Below are positions 46,833 to 61,001 of a stretch of DNA of 64,000 bases, piece by piece. Where the stretch lies: assembly GCA_965202585.1 (NCBI GenBank), contig OZ241827.1:57908001-57972000 (forward strand). Direction: 5' to 3'. The DNA comes from Thalia democratica (taxonomy: Eukaryota). Made by a program: the position numbers and the translations under genes. Position 1 is the first letter of the stretch. Each line of letters starts with the position of its first letter. Below the pieces are notes generated by a model that saw only the letters and a program-made list of their open reading frames with translations, was not told the DNA's origin and ran no database searches.

Positions 46833-49800
46833 GCGCGCGCCGTAAACAAAAAGCGTGGGATGAATGCGCGGTGATAAAAATAAATAAGTTTTTTTGTTTC
46901 ATTGTGCTTTTTTTACTAGGCTAAATTTTCAACAGCTGTTGTTTTTTTTTTTTTTTGTAACTAGTGCAGTTTCATTCGTATTTAAATATTTACTTGGTAC
47001 CTGTTTAAGCAAACAAGTTGTTGGGACAAAAGCGATTTGTACTTTTGGTTTCATTTCTCGGCGAAAAAAAAATTGCATGTAAAAAACGTTTGTTTATATT
47101 TAATTCTTGTGTTATACGTTTATTTTTGCCATTCAACCCGCAATATGCTTGAACTTTGAGCAATGAATGAAAGATGCTCTTATTTTGCACGTGTTTCGCT
47201 GTATTAACGTTCAAATTGCAAAACAAGTCAGCTGAGCACAATGGGCTCCTTTACATCAGTTTAACCTAGCATTTTCTCTTTTGTGAGCGAGATACTACGG
47301 CCTCAATAAAAATCAACACAATCAAATACTTTGAATATTTTTATCTGTGTGTGCTTTTTTTATATAGCAAAAGACATATGGCATGATCGGTTTTTCGTCG
47401 TGAACACACGAAGAAATGAAGCTTTGTAACAAACTTTTTTAAGCGTTCACGAGCTTTTGTTTCAGCTAGGTGTTTGTGAATAAAATAATATTTTTGCATG
47501 CTTTGTTTACAAAATAGTTAACACAAACACATAGTTGGCTTCTTGTAAAAACTAGTTAGAAATTCAAAAATTGCTCGAAATCTATATAAGGTAATGGTAA
47601 TATGATTTCAACGAAGATGCGAAAAAGTTGAAAAAGGTCTTATTTAAATGATAAATTTATTATGAAATGCTTCTGAGAGGTAAAAGGGTATACTGTGTAA
47701 CTGAACACTATAATTTAAAATGTCTGAAACCAGTTGGAATTAAAGTAACAAATATTTTTGTGGTATCTTTTTATAAATTATTTTATAGCACTTAAGTGTG
47801 TTTTGAATTTTAAAACATTTATATGGGGAATACAATTATTTTCTAATTATTTCTACAAAGTTCAATTACAAAGGTATAAATTTTAAAAAAATTTGTAAAA
47901 TTTGTTTTAAAGTTTAATACAAACTAAAACTTCCTGGCTGTAATTTAAAATAAAACTAACACTAAAATGTTTAACTTTTATTCCAATAACTTGTTTTACA
48001 ACATTTATGACATAAGAGTCTAATTAAAACTTACTAAAATTATTCTTAACAGTTTAACTGAACTTTTAATTGCTTTATTGGTTTTAAGTTTCTTAAAGCT
48101 GTAACTTTTTAATATTAAAGTTTATACAGAGCTTAGCAAGTATGAGAAATGTCCTTACAGAAATCGAACCTTCCTTTAAAACGATTCTTAATTATTCATG
48201 TACTTTTCTTATTTATCTCATGTGTTCTTTTATTGAAATAAGTTTGTCTATGTATAGATGTTCAAAAATACTTATAATATACTTTTGTTTATCAAATGAA
48301 TATTTTTTATTAGCCTAAAGTTTTTAAATTACTTTAAGTTTTGTATGCAAAAGTTCTTTGCTTTTTTTCTTAATTTACAAATTAACTTGTTTTGTTTAAT
48401 TGTTCCTAGCCTATATGTTTATCAAAAATACTAATATTATTAATACTTATAAGTGAATTTTCTACAATAAAAAGAATGTGAATGAGTAGCTAGCTAATTT
48501 TTATAAGTTTTTTGAAAGACGTCAAAATGTTTGCAGCAAATTTAACTTGAATAAACTAAACTGTAAAATAAATTTAATTCATAACACATTTTTATAGCAG
48601 CAGATTATAAAGGTCAAACTGCTTATAAAGTTATTATGTGTGCATACTTTAATATGATTTTGATAAAAATTGTTTCAAAACATGCCACTTTCAGGCTTCA
48701 TTTTTTAATTAAATACTGTGTATGTGTTAGAACTTAGTTCTAAATGATTTACTGATTAGAAAAAACGTTGTTTATATAATATTAAATCTGATTTTTTTTT
48801 AATAAAAAACCAAAGCTTAACCCAAACTTTATCAGCCACAAAAGCCACCAAAGGCATTAAATAAGATTTGATGTTTACGTTTCAAAGAAAAAAAACTTCG
48901 ACATTGTTCATGCTTAACGCTTTTAATTGATTTATGTTTGCAGTTATCACGTTTTAAAATTCTTCAGCAAAAAGTTGAAGGGAAAATAAGCAGCGTTGTT
49001 ATCAATTTACTTTTATTTTTATCTTATTTGTGCTGTCTGTACGCACATCAACAAAAAACGCAAACATGCAAATTGTTTAAAAAAAAGTAATCGTTATCAG
49101 CTTGCCGTTTACCAAACAAATAAGAGTTTTGCTGAAACAAAACAAAAACGTTTCCTATTTTGCTCCGATCACGTTTTTGTGCCGACTGTTGCTGGAATTC
49201 GTTAATTAAATTACCATGCTTAGTCAAATAAGTTGAACATAAGACTAAACACGCGGAAGACAGTTTTCAGGTTGAATAGTTTGATTTTTATGTTTAGAAG
49301 CATTAATTATTCGCCGTTAAATTCGCTGTTTTTACGGATTTGGAACTTACTTGAACCTGAGTGTGGAAGTTCAACTAGAGTAAAAAATTACAAAAACAAA
49401 CGGAATGTATTGAGAAACGCTCTCACTTGTTTCGGCCCATTGTTAACATTGAACGGCTTAACATGCACCTTCTCACTTAGCGATTGTTGCGTCATAATGT
49501 TTGCACAAAAATTTAATTCTTAAACCTCTCAGCGTTCTGAGAAGCTGACCGGCGGGTGCAATTTGACACTGTTCCACATGATTTCGAGTAAAGGGCAAAG
49601 CGCTTGGTTACCAAGCAACCAGGGGATTTGCTGACGTCTGAGAGACTTTAGAAAGCAATTTGTTATGCGATTTGAATGGATTGTGATGTAATTTCGCCGT
49701 AATCTTTAACCCGCTCAAGCCCCTATTAAAACAAAAGCAGAGGAGATAAACGACAAAAGTGATGTTTACGACTGAGGTCGGGAAAAGTTTTAGACATGCA

Positions 49801-52800
49801 GATCTCAGAGATTAAATTACTGGTAAAAGACAACAGTCGCTTCAATAAAGCAAGAGACAGGTTAAGACAGTTTTTATACTGAGCTTCTTCGCTCAAATCA
49901 ATCAAAACAGTTTTACTTGCATTAGCTTTTAAGCATATTGTCATTATATATAGTTTTTATTGTGAAGAAATGTTTATAGTGATGTGTGTAAAAAACAAAC
50001 CTTAATTTAACTTTAGGCTAAGCTTCTACAATATTCTTTACAGCTAAACAGAGTGATTAAAATGACTTTGGTCACTCTCAAGTAATTTTAGTGGTTATTA
50101 AAATTACTCATTAAAAAAAATCATACACACTTTAAGATATGTATACATAAAGCAGCTGCTTATTCTTTTATCTTTTATCGATAACCGAAAGTTTTTTTTT
50201 CGTACACCAAGTCCTTGGACCAAAATTTTGAGCACTTTTTTCTCGTTTAATAAAGTATACTCTTAAATTATTAAAAATATTCTAGATAAACTTCCTAATG
50301 GACAACAAGTGTTAAGTTTTTTTTTGCCAAGGATAAAAGTTAATTAAGCTGTTTATGTTTTATCAAGTTAAGGTTAACAAAAACTATAACATAGTTTAAG
50401 TTAAGCTCTTACAAAATATATAAAGAAACAATTCAAAAAGCTTTAATAGACACATTTTTAACACATTCCTTACTCAACTGAAAAGAAAAGTTCTCAGAAA
50501 AGTGTTGGCAATGCAAAGTGATTCCAAATAATAAAACTAGCTACTAGGCAGAGTTATCTCTACAACTGTATGAAATTAGAAACAAGCCAGACAGGCCACA
50601 TGAAAAAGGCTCAGCTGCGCAACCAATAACAAGCAGGCAGAGCTGCCTGTCAAGTAACAATATAGTGGACTCTTTGTTCTGCTATTTCACCGAGTAGCCG
50701 GTGCCTGTGACTGACGTTTGAATACGAGATAATTGTGTTGGATGGCGAGTGTGTTGAGAAACTATCAAGACGACGCAAGCGGACGTCAGATACAAAGCAA
50801 CAGTGTTTTGAGGACCAGGGGTCAGCCAGGGTGCAAGGCGACGCCGAATAATTTACCGAGGGCCGCGCTCTGATAGAAAAGCATAGTTCGCTTGCTACAT
50901 AAACACAAAAGTGCTACTGTTTGCAGCAGATTACCGTTGTGATACGAGGATAACCATCAGAAAACTTACTAAACCCAGATCGCGCTCGAGCTCAAAACAA
51001 GATAAAAGCTGTCGAGTATTAAACAAACACCTCACAGCAGCGGTGGCCACCTCATACAAAGTAAAACGTTCAAACGTGCAAAAGCGACGCCGATAAAACT
51101 TTCAGCAGCAGAGAAAACCTTTCGCTTTCTCTTTAGAATGTGTGTAAACGATGCCTGCCCGAAAGAATGCTTCCAAGATAATCGATTAATGTTGAACTTG
51201 AAGCTATTTGCTCGCCTCATGTTATGCCGCTGTATATACATTTGTGTGCTAGGTGTGACTTTTATTAGCGAAAATTGGTGGACTTGGCCTCGTTTACGTT
51301 ATTAATCTAGCGCTACAGATCTCAAATGGACTTTCACTGACCTTTTATTTCAGATATTCTTAAGCCGAATTTTTAATTTTTTTCCTGATAAGCATAGTTA
51401 GGAATTTAAAGTAAAAAACTTGTAGTTAAAAATTATTAAAAAAAAAACGTTTTGTGAATTTTTTAAAGCACTTTAAAGAAATTTATAACCTAAACATATT
51501 TAAGTTGAAAGTTTTGTCTCACATGTCTAAAAAACACAAAAACACACACAGCAATAAAGTTCAAGTTCAGTTTTAACATTATGGCATACGTGCGTAATCA
51601 ATTCTAATGTAAATATTTACCAAAAGTAATCGATACAAAAGGGTAAAAATAGACGCAGAAAAAGTTTGATAAGTCATTCCACATTGGCGTAAAAAATTTG
51701 GTTGCCGTAAAAAGCGCTGAACAAAGTCTGCGGTGCTTTGTTTTGCATCGAATGAGCAGCCTTTGTTTGGTGTTAATTCTCAGTAAAAAAGCAACAAGAA
51801 ACATTTGTGCTTTCTTTCAACCGTATTGTACTGAAACTTGCACACTAACTCTCAACTATTCGCTGCTACTTAATGTTATAAAACTTGGGAAAAGTTCCAC
51901 GTGAATTAGTAATGAAGCACTTACCAACAGCAAGAGGAGGCAATAGCAGCAGTGATGTGTTTTCGTGTAAATACTCGCAACCCGAGTCATTCCAATTTAT
52001 CAACTCAACTCTTGGTGTTTTCGTCTCTTTGTTGTTTTCCACTGCACAACTCTATTCTCAGCAAAATATCTTAGTTTCCAGTTTGATAGCTGTTAATCTC
52101 TTTTATTTCAAAAGTTTAAATGACTACACGGCGTCTGAAAAGTTGATAATAAAGCGATTAATCTGTTAATTCGCGTGCCTTCATGACGGGCTATTTGGGA
52201 CGCGAAGGCAATTTATAACAATGATATAAAATATTTTATTGTCCAATAAAAAACACTGCGGTGACCCGTGTTGCGGTCATAAAACATAAAATTGATATTT
52301 TAATTTGTTTTTATTACATTGTAAACCTTTAAATTATGTTTGCAACTTGAATGACAAAAACCAGTTTGTGACGAAATATTTCTTGAAAAACATAACCGTT
52401 ATCACAAATCGTATTTATTTAACCCTATTTTTATTTAGCATTTAAATAATGTAAAGCAATAAATTTATTAAAAAACATTGTTAAATTTACAAAAGCTTAA
52501 AAAGAAAAAGTAAGTAAATAAACTCATAAAGTAAGTCTACAATAACTTTTATTGCTTTTAAAAACAAACAAACTTTATCAACTGAGCTCTAAAACTTTTA
52601 GCAGCAATTCAAAATGTGATCTTTAAGTAAACTGTTTAAGAACTACTGTAAACAAAATCTAATAAAACAAAGCTCTGCATAAACAACTAAAGTGTTCTAT
52701 TTAAAAAACACTTCAATCATCACTTCAAGCAATGACTCTTAAACAGCACACACATGTTAACAGATCCTATTAAAACTAATAGCCTGCAGGTTGTCATACA

Positions 52801-53008
52801 TTGCTGGCAATTAAGCGTTCGTTTAATTAAAGTACAAAGTATAAACGCACTACTACTACTAAGTGCTATACGGATGCCTTAATAACATCTCGAGCTGCTA
52901 AACGCGTTTCTTTTACTTTGTTTGGAAAATTTCTCTCATTTTGTTTTTACGCCGAGCAGCGTTCTCTCGTTTTAGATTTGAGCTGACCGAAGCTCAGTGC
53001 GTTTAATA

Positions 53009-53650
53009 TATATTTAGCAAAAAATGTTTTTCTTTCGGTGCTAAGTAATTGCTGGTTGTTTTTTTGGCGTGACCACTTTGTTTTATCGCGGCTTTTGTAC
53101 CTTTTTAGTTAAATCATTTAGCTTTAAGTTTACTTTTACAAAAGTGCAAATCTTTTTGCTATCGCTGTATCTTTAATCATTAAAATTAAACGACAGATTG
53201 ACTTTTTCGCAAAAAGTTTTCAATATATTTTTGGCTTAACAAGTCCTAAAAATGTTTTTCAAATACTTCTAAATATTTTAAGTGAACAAAACTTTTGCAG
53301 TCAATCGTTTCGTTAAACTAAAACCGCACAAACATTAAAATAAAAGTTGTATATTTAGCAAAAAATGTTTTTCATCGGTGCGAAGTAATTGCTGGTTGCT
53401 TTTTCGGCGTGACCACTTTGTTTTATCGCGGCTTTTGTACCTTTTAAGTTGACTGTAAACAAAAATTCAAATTGTTCATTTCTGCTATGTTAACGTTTTA
53501 AAAACAAATAACTAAGATTTCGTTTCAGAAAATTATCATTTTGTTTTTGGCTAAACAAGTCCTAAATAGCATGTTTAAACATTCCAATTTCTTTAAGTAA
53601 ACACAATGTTTTTAGTCAATCGTTTCGTTAAACTGAAAAATTGAATAAAA
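53009..53650. repeat. Tandem duplication of a ~340-bp non-coding unit
   Basis: tatatttagcaaaaaatg...gtgaccactttgttttatcgcggcttttgtacctttt at 53009 and 53350; aacaagtcctaaa...agtcaatcgtttcgttaaact also present in both units. Confidence 0.9.
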
Positions 53651-56600
53651 AAAAGTTGTTTATTGCTACATTCCGACTTTTTATCTATAAGTTCTTGTAA
53701 AAGTACAATACACGTCTAAAATCACAAAGCTTGAATTATAAAATGTAGTTTAAAGAATTACTAGAACTAAGTATGTACTTCAAAGCCCAATAGCTTCAAG
53801 AAAAACTAAACCAGTTTTAATATTGCAAATAAAAGTAACTGTTTTAATTAATTCTTTTGATTGTAATAGTAAATACGCGTTACTAAAAATAAAGTGCAAT
53901 TTATTTTATGCTGTTTCGATTGAGCATCTAGTTTTGGCTTAAAAGCATTTTCATGTTTCCTTGTTTATCAATGATTGTAATAAACAAGCAAACAAATTTT
54001 AACTGAAATTTGACACTTTATACTTATTTTTTGCTTTCCATTTTAAAACTACTAATACAATTAGCACGCTTTTAAGATTTCAACAGACACAATTTTAGTT
54101 TTATTTCCTAAAGCAGTCTTGAACAAAAAAGAGATTTAAAACAAAAGAAGGTGTCTATTCCAGAATCAGGTTTACAAAACACCGAAATTATTAATTAAAA
54201 GTTTCAGACTGGAAAAATCATTTTAATGTGTCTGTAACGCGTTTAATGTTTTGCTGAATCGACGGCATGACATTGACTTTATCACCAGCCTGTTCGACTA
54301 ATTACCGTTGAAATCCTCTCGAAATGTAATCGCGGATTAGCGACTTTCCGCGAAAATCAGTCAGATTCACAACAACAGCATATTTATGGAGTTTCTGTTT
54401 CAGCGAGTGGCAAGTTGAAACAATGGCCTCGTTTAGTCGCCAATCTTAATAAACTGAAAACCTCGGCAACCGCCATGGTGAAAAATAGCAGACTGCCGCA
54501 ACACCTGCAAAAAAAAGAAGTCTGTTTGTCGAAACAACAAAAATTTAACCGCGGCACGTGCTGCTCATGAAAGGGGGTTTTCCCCCGACCAAAAACCGTT
54601 ACTTTTGCCACCATCGGGGTGTCATTCGCACTAACGAGGCCTCTAATGTGCTTAAAACTAAGTAATTGGGTGGAAGCGGTGTGGAAGTTTGTAGGAATTA
54701 ATTTCTGATTTGATTTGCAGCTCGTAACTACCTTCTACAGTTTCATATTCAGACGTCTGAATTCACAATATGCAAAGTTTCGTGTGAGTCAGCTTTAAAA
54801 TAAGTTTTAAATAAAATGCAATTATAAATGCTTAAAAAACTTTAATAAAATTTGCTCTCAAAAACTTTGGATTTTCAAGACATCTTCCTCTAGCTTTAAG
54901 CGTTTTATATTATCAAGGAGACACTTAAAATTAGTGAATAATATTTAGTTACAGCATTATAAAGCTTTGAATAAACTAAAATGTATAAACAGCCTGAAGA
55001 TAAAAAGCTATTATTAGCATTTATCAGAACATCAGGCTTTTATAATTTCGCATAAAATAACTTATCTATATATAGAGTATACCTGTAAATAGTAGCATGC
55101 CTATATATAGTAAATAAACCATGCTAATAGTAAGTTTATTTGTGCTTAGACTAAGTTCTTTTTATCAAGTGTATTAAACCGCTAATTAGTTAATTGTATT
55201 ATAAAAACTTTATTTTAAGCTAGTCTAGTGAGCATTTATATTTTGGTTTTAATTAATTTTAGAATATAGAAATGTAATTTGCAAATTAATAAAATAAAAG
55301 TTGAATTTGTTAAAACATCTTTTTTTGAAAAGAAAAAAATATATATTGAACGTTTTTTAATTAATGACTTTTTTTCCTATAATTTAATGCTTAACAGTCT
55401 AATTGAGTGATACTTTGAATTGTAACTTAATTAAATCATTACTTTGGTATTTAATTTTTGTTTAATTTTTTTCCTTAATAATTATATAAAATTTTCTGTG
55501 GCGAAATAACAAATGAACTTTTTTTGATTAATTAAAATTAAGGTGAACACAACTTAAAATTTAAATACAATCCAAAAGTTAATATGATTTAATCAAATTT
55601 ACAAATAAGAACTTTGGTCATTTAATTCTTTCACACTCACACAAAGAAGTGTGTGGAATTTTAAAAGCACATATTGACAAATAAAATTAAATTTCATTAA
55701 CACAACACTTGTTTGTACAATTTAAAATAAAATTATCAGTGATATAACTGTCGATTTTATTTATTTAACTTTATGCCATTAAGTAAATAGTTCGAAGGCT
55801 GATACGTTTTAACAAGGCTATTTTCAATTAAGTTTATTTATTTGCACAATAAAAAGCTATGTATAGATTTGAAAGCTGTAAATTTTTTGTGTAAAAGTTT
55901 ATCTACAGTTGTTTTTGCGTTCAACAATGGCTTACTTGTTCGAAAATTTTTTATATTTACATGTCAAAAATAAATCAGAATTGTCGGTGCTTCATAATGA
56001 TCATTAAATTACGAACGAAACCTAACGTAAACAACATAATAAAATTTATTTATTCTAGCAATTTATCCGAATTAGATCGTTTAAGTACGAGTTGTTTTAA
56101 GTTTTAATTTATATAACCTGTCAAACAAAGTTTTTTGAGCATTCTTGATGTGTTTCATGACACTTGAAGATGTTTATAGTACTTTAATTAGCTGTCCGCA
56201 CGCCAAATTAAACGTGCAAGTTTATAAGTTCTAAAAAGTATGATTAAAAACAGATAGTCACAGAGAAACAAACGATAGATATTTATAGAATTTTATTTTT
56301 AAACGATAAAAGTTACTGTTATTGAAATAGCCAGTATTATTATATAATTTGAAATTTAAATAAAGAATACAAATACTTTATAGTTTTTAAATTTTAACTA
56401 AATGTTCTGAATAAAGATAAATCACATGAGATTTTTATTTAAGACTTATTTTGACAAACATTAACTTTTAAGGTAATTACGTAAAAATCACATTTACTGT
56501 CATTGTTAATTAGCTTTTAGTAAGAACTTAAATACTTTTATTTATTTATAGATTATAATGTTGTATACAACCTTTCAATTTAAAAATTAAAGTAATTGTT

Positions 56601-59600
56601 ATTGCTTATCAGAAAGAACACATAAACACTTCAAGAAAAATGAAATTAGTTAAATATTTACTTTTAATCACTCTAAACTAATTTATTCGAATTTTTAATT
56701 TTTTTTAACAAAACAATGCTTTACTTGCTTAAACCAAATCAAACGAGATCATCAGTTGAATAAAATCTTGTTCAAATAGAATATAATCTAATTTATGCTA
56801 AAAAAAACTTTATAATAGATTTTTTTATTTTAGATGATATAATGTATTTAAATAAAACTGGTTCGTTTAAATGAAAATAAAGTAGTTTTCCCGCATAACT
56901 TCGTATAAATATTTATAGTTTGAATAAAGCTAAACTTGTTGTCTTTTAATCATTTAAGTTTTCAAAAAACACACAAATTTTAGAAGCATATTCTATTTGT
57001 TAATAAAATAAGTCTAAAGTTTTTGTTGTACTAATAATAGAATTGTATAAGTTGTTTTAATATTTTTCAAAAAAATTAATTTCTTAAGACTAGCAAATAA
57101 ACTAAATTTTCGTTTCTAAAACACCTTACAAATAAAAAAAAGTTTTTTTTTATGAAAAATCTTTTAAAAAAGTTGTTAAAATACAAAACTTTGTTCTAAT
57201 TATATGCCTTTAAATTTTTGTGTAGTATATGATATACATTTATAGCTAGACAGCTTACCAAGTGCTTTATTCAATAAAAGACTTAGTATTTCCAATAAAC
57301 ATATGTTTGTATTAATTAAAGGCAGTGTTTTATAACAAAATGTATAAAGTTTAACCATTATTTTAATTAAGTTATACAATAATCTTACAAAAAAATTATT
57401 GTTTTAGAATAACATTGTTTTTGTTTATAGTTTTAATAATTTTAGTGAAGTTTAAAATTGTTTTATTCAAAATATTAATTGATAAGAAAGTTATTTTTTA
57501 TTTAATTTGTGTAAGCTAAATAAAAAAATTAAAAAAGTAGTTTTAACCTATTCAAAAAAGTTAAAAAAATATAAGTAATAACTACTGTGAAACAATAACT
57601 TATACACAAGAAATACAAAACAAAACAAACATTTTAAAATAACAAAGTTTAATTTCCTCTGAGGCTTTAAGATAACAATAAATTTAAGATGTTTAGTTGG
57701 TATTTGTTTCTTGTTTGATAAAGTTTAAATATTTGTAAGCAGAAATTTAAAAGCTAGTTAACACCATCGGTTAGTGCATTCGTTATACTGCAGAATATTT
57801 AATTAAACTTTTTTATTATTGTTATTTGCAGATCCAATACATTGATAAATCCTTAGTCAAAACAAACTTATTGAAAGGCTAAACTTAAGTTAAAAAAAAA
57901 TCCTTTTATAGATTTAAAAAAACATGCTATAAGTAATTCACTGAATCTATTGTTTTGTCAGAAATTTTTATAATACTTTAAGTGACTTACTTAAGAAAGT
58001 TATTAAAGTTTAGTTGTAGTTATATTAAATATAGATTACTTTTTCATATATAGTTTACATTATTATTGATACTTAAAACCATTAATTTAACCCCAAGTAA
58101 AACTATTAGTCAAAGTTATATACGAAAACTACTGTTTCAATAACCAAACGTTTATCTTAAACTTAATATGTCTTATATGATACCTATTCTAATCAGTACT
58201 TACTTTAAAAGTATTATTAAATGTATTTAAAGCGCAAATTTAGTATTCAAAAAAGACAGGACTAAAAACATTTTACAGTTGTTTTGAAATATCACTAACA
58301 AAATTTCAAGGATTGATGTAGTGTACTTAATAGTCACTTTAAGTTTTAAATTTCAAAAATATTTAGCACTTTTAAATTTAGACACAAAGGAACCCTGTTT
58401 TTTTTCACCATGTCCTAATCAGTACTTAATAAAGATATTTTAGTTTTACAAATTGTTAGTAGTTTTCACATGTTTAGAATACATTCTATTGAGATCTTTA
58501 TACTAAGTGGAGATAAGTTTTAAAAAACAAAACTAATACGCAGATATGTAATCAATCTCTATTTCGTTTAAACTACAATTCTTAAAGTAATCTACAACTA
58601 CATTAATATTTCTAATTTCCTATATAAAACATACTTAAAAACTTTTTGAATTAAATATACCGGTTATGATTAGAAGTATTCTGCATACGTTTTATAGTAG
58701 CTGTATAATTTCCAACAAACTTTATTCTGTAGCTAAAACTAAGGAAATTTAACGGTTTAATAAAGAAATAACAAAGCAGTGATACACATTACTAATTTTC
58801 GCAAGTTACATAAACACTCTAAAATTAGATAAATTATAACTTTAAATAAATATAACGACTTAAACATAATCGTTTAAAGAAAAGTAAATAAAAAATTAGG
58901 AATATCAATTTGTATAAATGTGTTAAACTGTTAATTATATAAATTTGTTTAAATGTTATAAATAAGATATTAAATTCCTAGTTTTACCAAATTTAAAATT
59001 TTCTTAAAACATTTTTGTTGTCCTTCATAATAAATAAAAACTTATTAAATAAACACTTGAAAATAACTTAGTTTTTCAATTAGTAATTTCATAGTAAACA
59101 AGTAAGCAACATTATCGTTCAACGGCGTGTTAATGAAATGGAAGAAACTATAAAATAAATTTTAAAAAACTTTTTATATTTTTACTCAATACAGTTTAAT
59201 TACTTGAAAATATTTAACTATTTGTGAATTTCAATAGCTGGTGATAGAAATTACCCCAAAATAGATCTTAGCTAGCTAGCTAATTCAAACCTGTAATCAA
59301 GAACAACTTGTTTGAAACAAATATTAATTTTATCATGAAATAACAGCATTATGAATTAAAACTTATTGAAAATGTTTAAGTGTCTATTTACGTAAATTCT
59401 ATGTGTAACAAACCAGTAAAACTGTTTTTAATTATAAATAAAGCAGTTATTGAAACTCTTTACTTTTTATAACAACTAAAATTATGAACAAAATAAGTCT
59501 TATACATTAATGCTTTTTTAAATAGGTTTTCAATGACAATTTTATGGTGTTTAATAACTTTAAAACATACTATCAAATATGATACTTATCAAAAGGATGC

Positions 59601-60093
59601 TAAATGGAAAGTTACTTTCTGTTATTTATAAAATGATTAAGTTTGGTATATTTGTGCTGCTTAAACACATTAGAGGGTTTGTTTTAAATTTCACAAAAAT
59701 TTATATACACATAAAATTAAGTAGTTGTTTTCACTGGTATAAAACCTATCATACTATTTTCATATATTAATTAAACTAGTTTAACTTAATATTGTAATTA
59801 AATTTCAAAGAAAATATCGGTATGATAATTAATTACAATTAAAATAAACTTTTATCCGTTTAATTAATCAGGGGGCGAAATCGTTTCAGAACCAGCCAAA
59901 ACGGCGATTAGTAGACAAGTTTCCATAAGGTTCCACGTTGCAGCCTATTGTAATCAATACCATAATGAAACTGGCAGAGAGCTTGTTTGACGTCCAAAAG
60001 AGCGCCCTTAAAAGAATTTATTGTATTGAATAGCCTTGTTATTAATTATGAATCTGAAACTCTTGTCTTATCTTTTTATTAAAAGAAACTCAC

Positions 60094-60227
60094 TTAGACC
60101 GCAGATGGAGGCTGTTCACAGGCCACTTGTCAGCTCTGCTGCAAAGTAAAAGATTTATTTTCTTTCTGACGTCTTCAAGATACAATTCGTAGTTGTCAGC
60201 GGCGCAAGAAGTGTAGTTGACAATTGT
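60094..60227 (-). pseudogene. Third, degenerate CCP-like segment
   Basis: TIVNYTSCAADNYELYLEDVRKKINLLLCSRADKWPVNSLHLRS then |gtgagt; preceded by in-frame TAA; internal acceptor tttgcag| at 60138. Confidence 0.3.
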
Positions 60228-60463
60228 CGTCAGAAATTACTGATCATTTTAATGATTGTATTTATGTAAATTACGTAATCATCTGTTTTAAGCGGTTCAG
60301 AAAATTCTGTATGAGATAGTTGTCAAAAATAGTTTAAAAGAATAAATTTTCAAAATTGCGTTATAAAAAATACTTACGATTTAAAAGTTCTAAAACTGTG
60401 GTTACGACCTATAAAGCAGTTTATACCGTGTTACTACTTTTATTGATTTCAAACAGTAGTATA

Positions 60464-60714
60464 CTATTTTATCTCTCTTTTTATGCAGATTGCTTCTGCT
60501 GTGTTGTTCAATGTACCGTTGTCCAAACACTCATACACGTATTCAACTTTACTGTCATAAAACACAAAATTGCTGTTGCATTTTATTCGCACAAATTTTC
60601 CAGGCAAACGATTACCAGGGGGTGTTAGTGATCTAAAACTTCTACTGAACCGTCTATTACATTTAGCAAATGGAATTTTGTAAAATATCATGAAACTTAA
60701 AGCATGTGTAATTA
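60464..60714 (-). CDS. Second Sushi/CCP-like exon, probably terminal
   Basis: KCNRRF...GKFVRIKCNSNFVF...YECLDNGTLNNTAEAICIKREIK-TAG; four Cys in CCP spacing; AATAAA at 60444-60439; 5' boundary uncertain. Confidence 0.6.
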
Positions 60715-60800
60715 CTAAAACTTATTGTACAATTAGAAAAACTTTATATTGTTAGTTACACTATAGTAAAATAAAAACACTTAAAACTTCGTTTACTTAC

Positions 60801-61001
60801 TTCTAATACATCTAACAGGTTCAGGAGAGACCCATAATCCAGTTTCGTCGCAGACAGTACCGTCAAAAACAGGTAGAACCATCAGAAAGCCGTCGCTACA
60901 AGTGTAGTCTTCTTTGGTGTCTTGCAAGTACAAGCTTTGTTCTGAAAACAATTCTATTGTATAGCTGTTCCTCGAATTTTCAAGAAACAGAGGCACAATT
61001 G
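60801..61001 (-). CDS. Sushi/CCP-like exon of a small separate gene or pseudogene
   Basis: tctag|...DYTCSDGFLMVLPVFDGTVCDETGLWVSPEPVRCIR|gtaagt; phase 1-1; first CCP Cys absent in this frame. Confidence 0.6.

Noticed and set aside
47000-59800. Short track ORFs, RNA genes or CRISPR-like arrays in the upstream region
   Set aside because: No domains, spliceable chains, cloverleaf/rRNA motifs or regular repeat-spacer pattern; GC-richer patches look regulatory.
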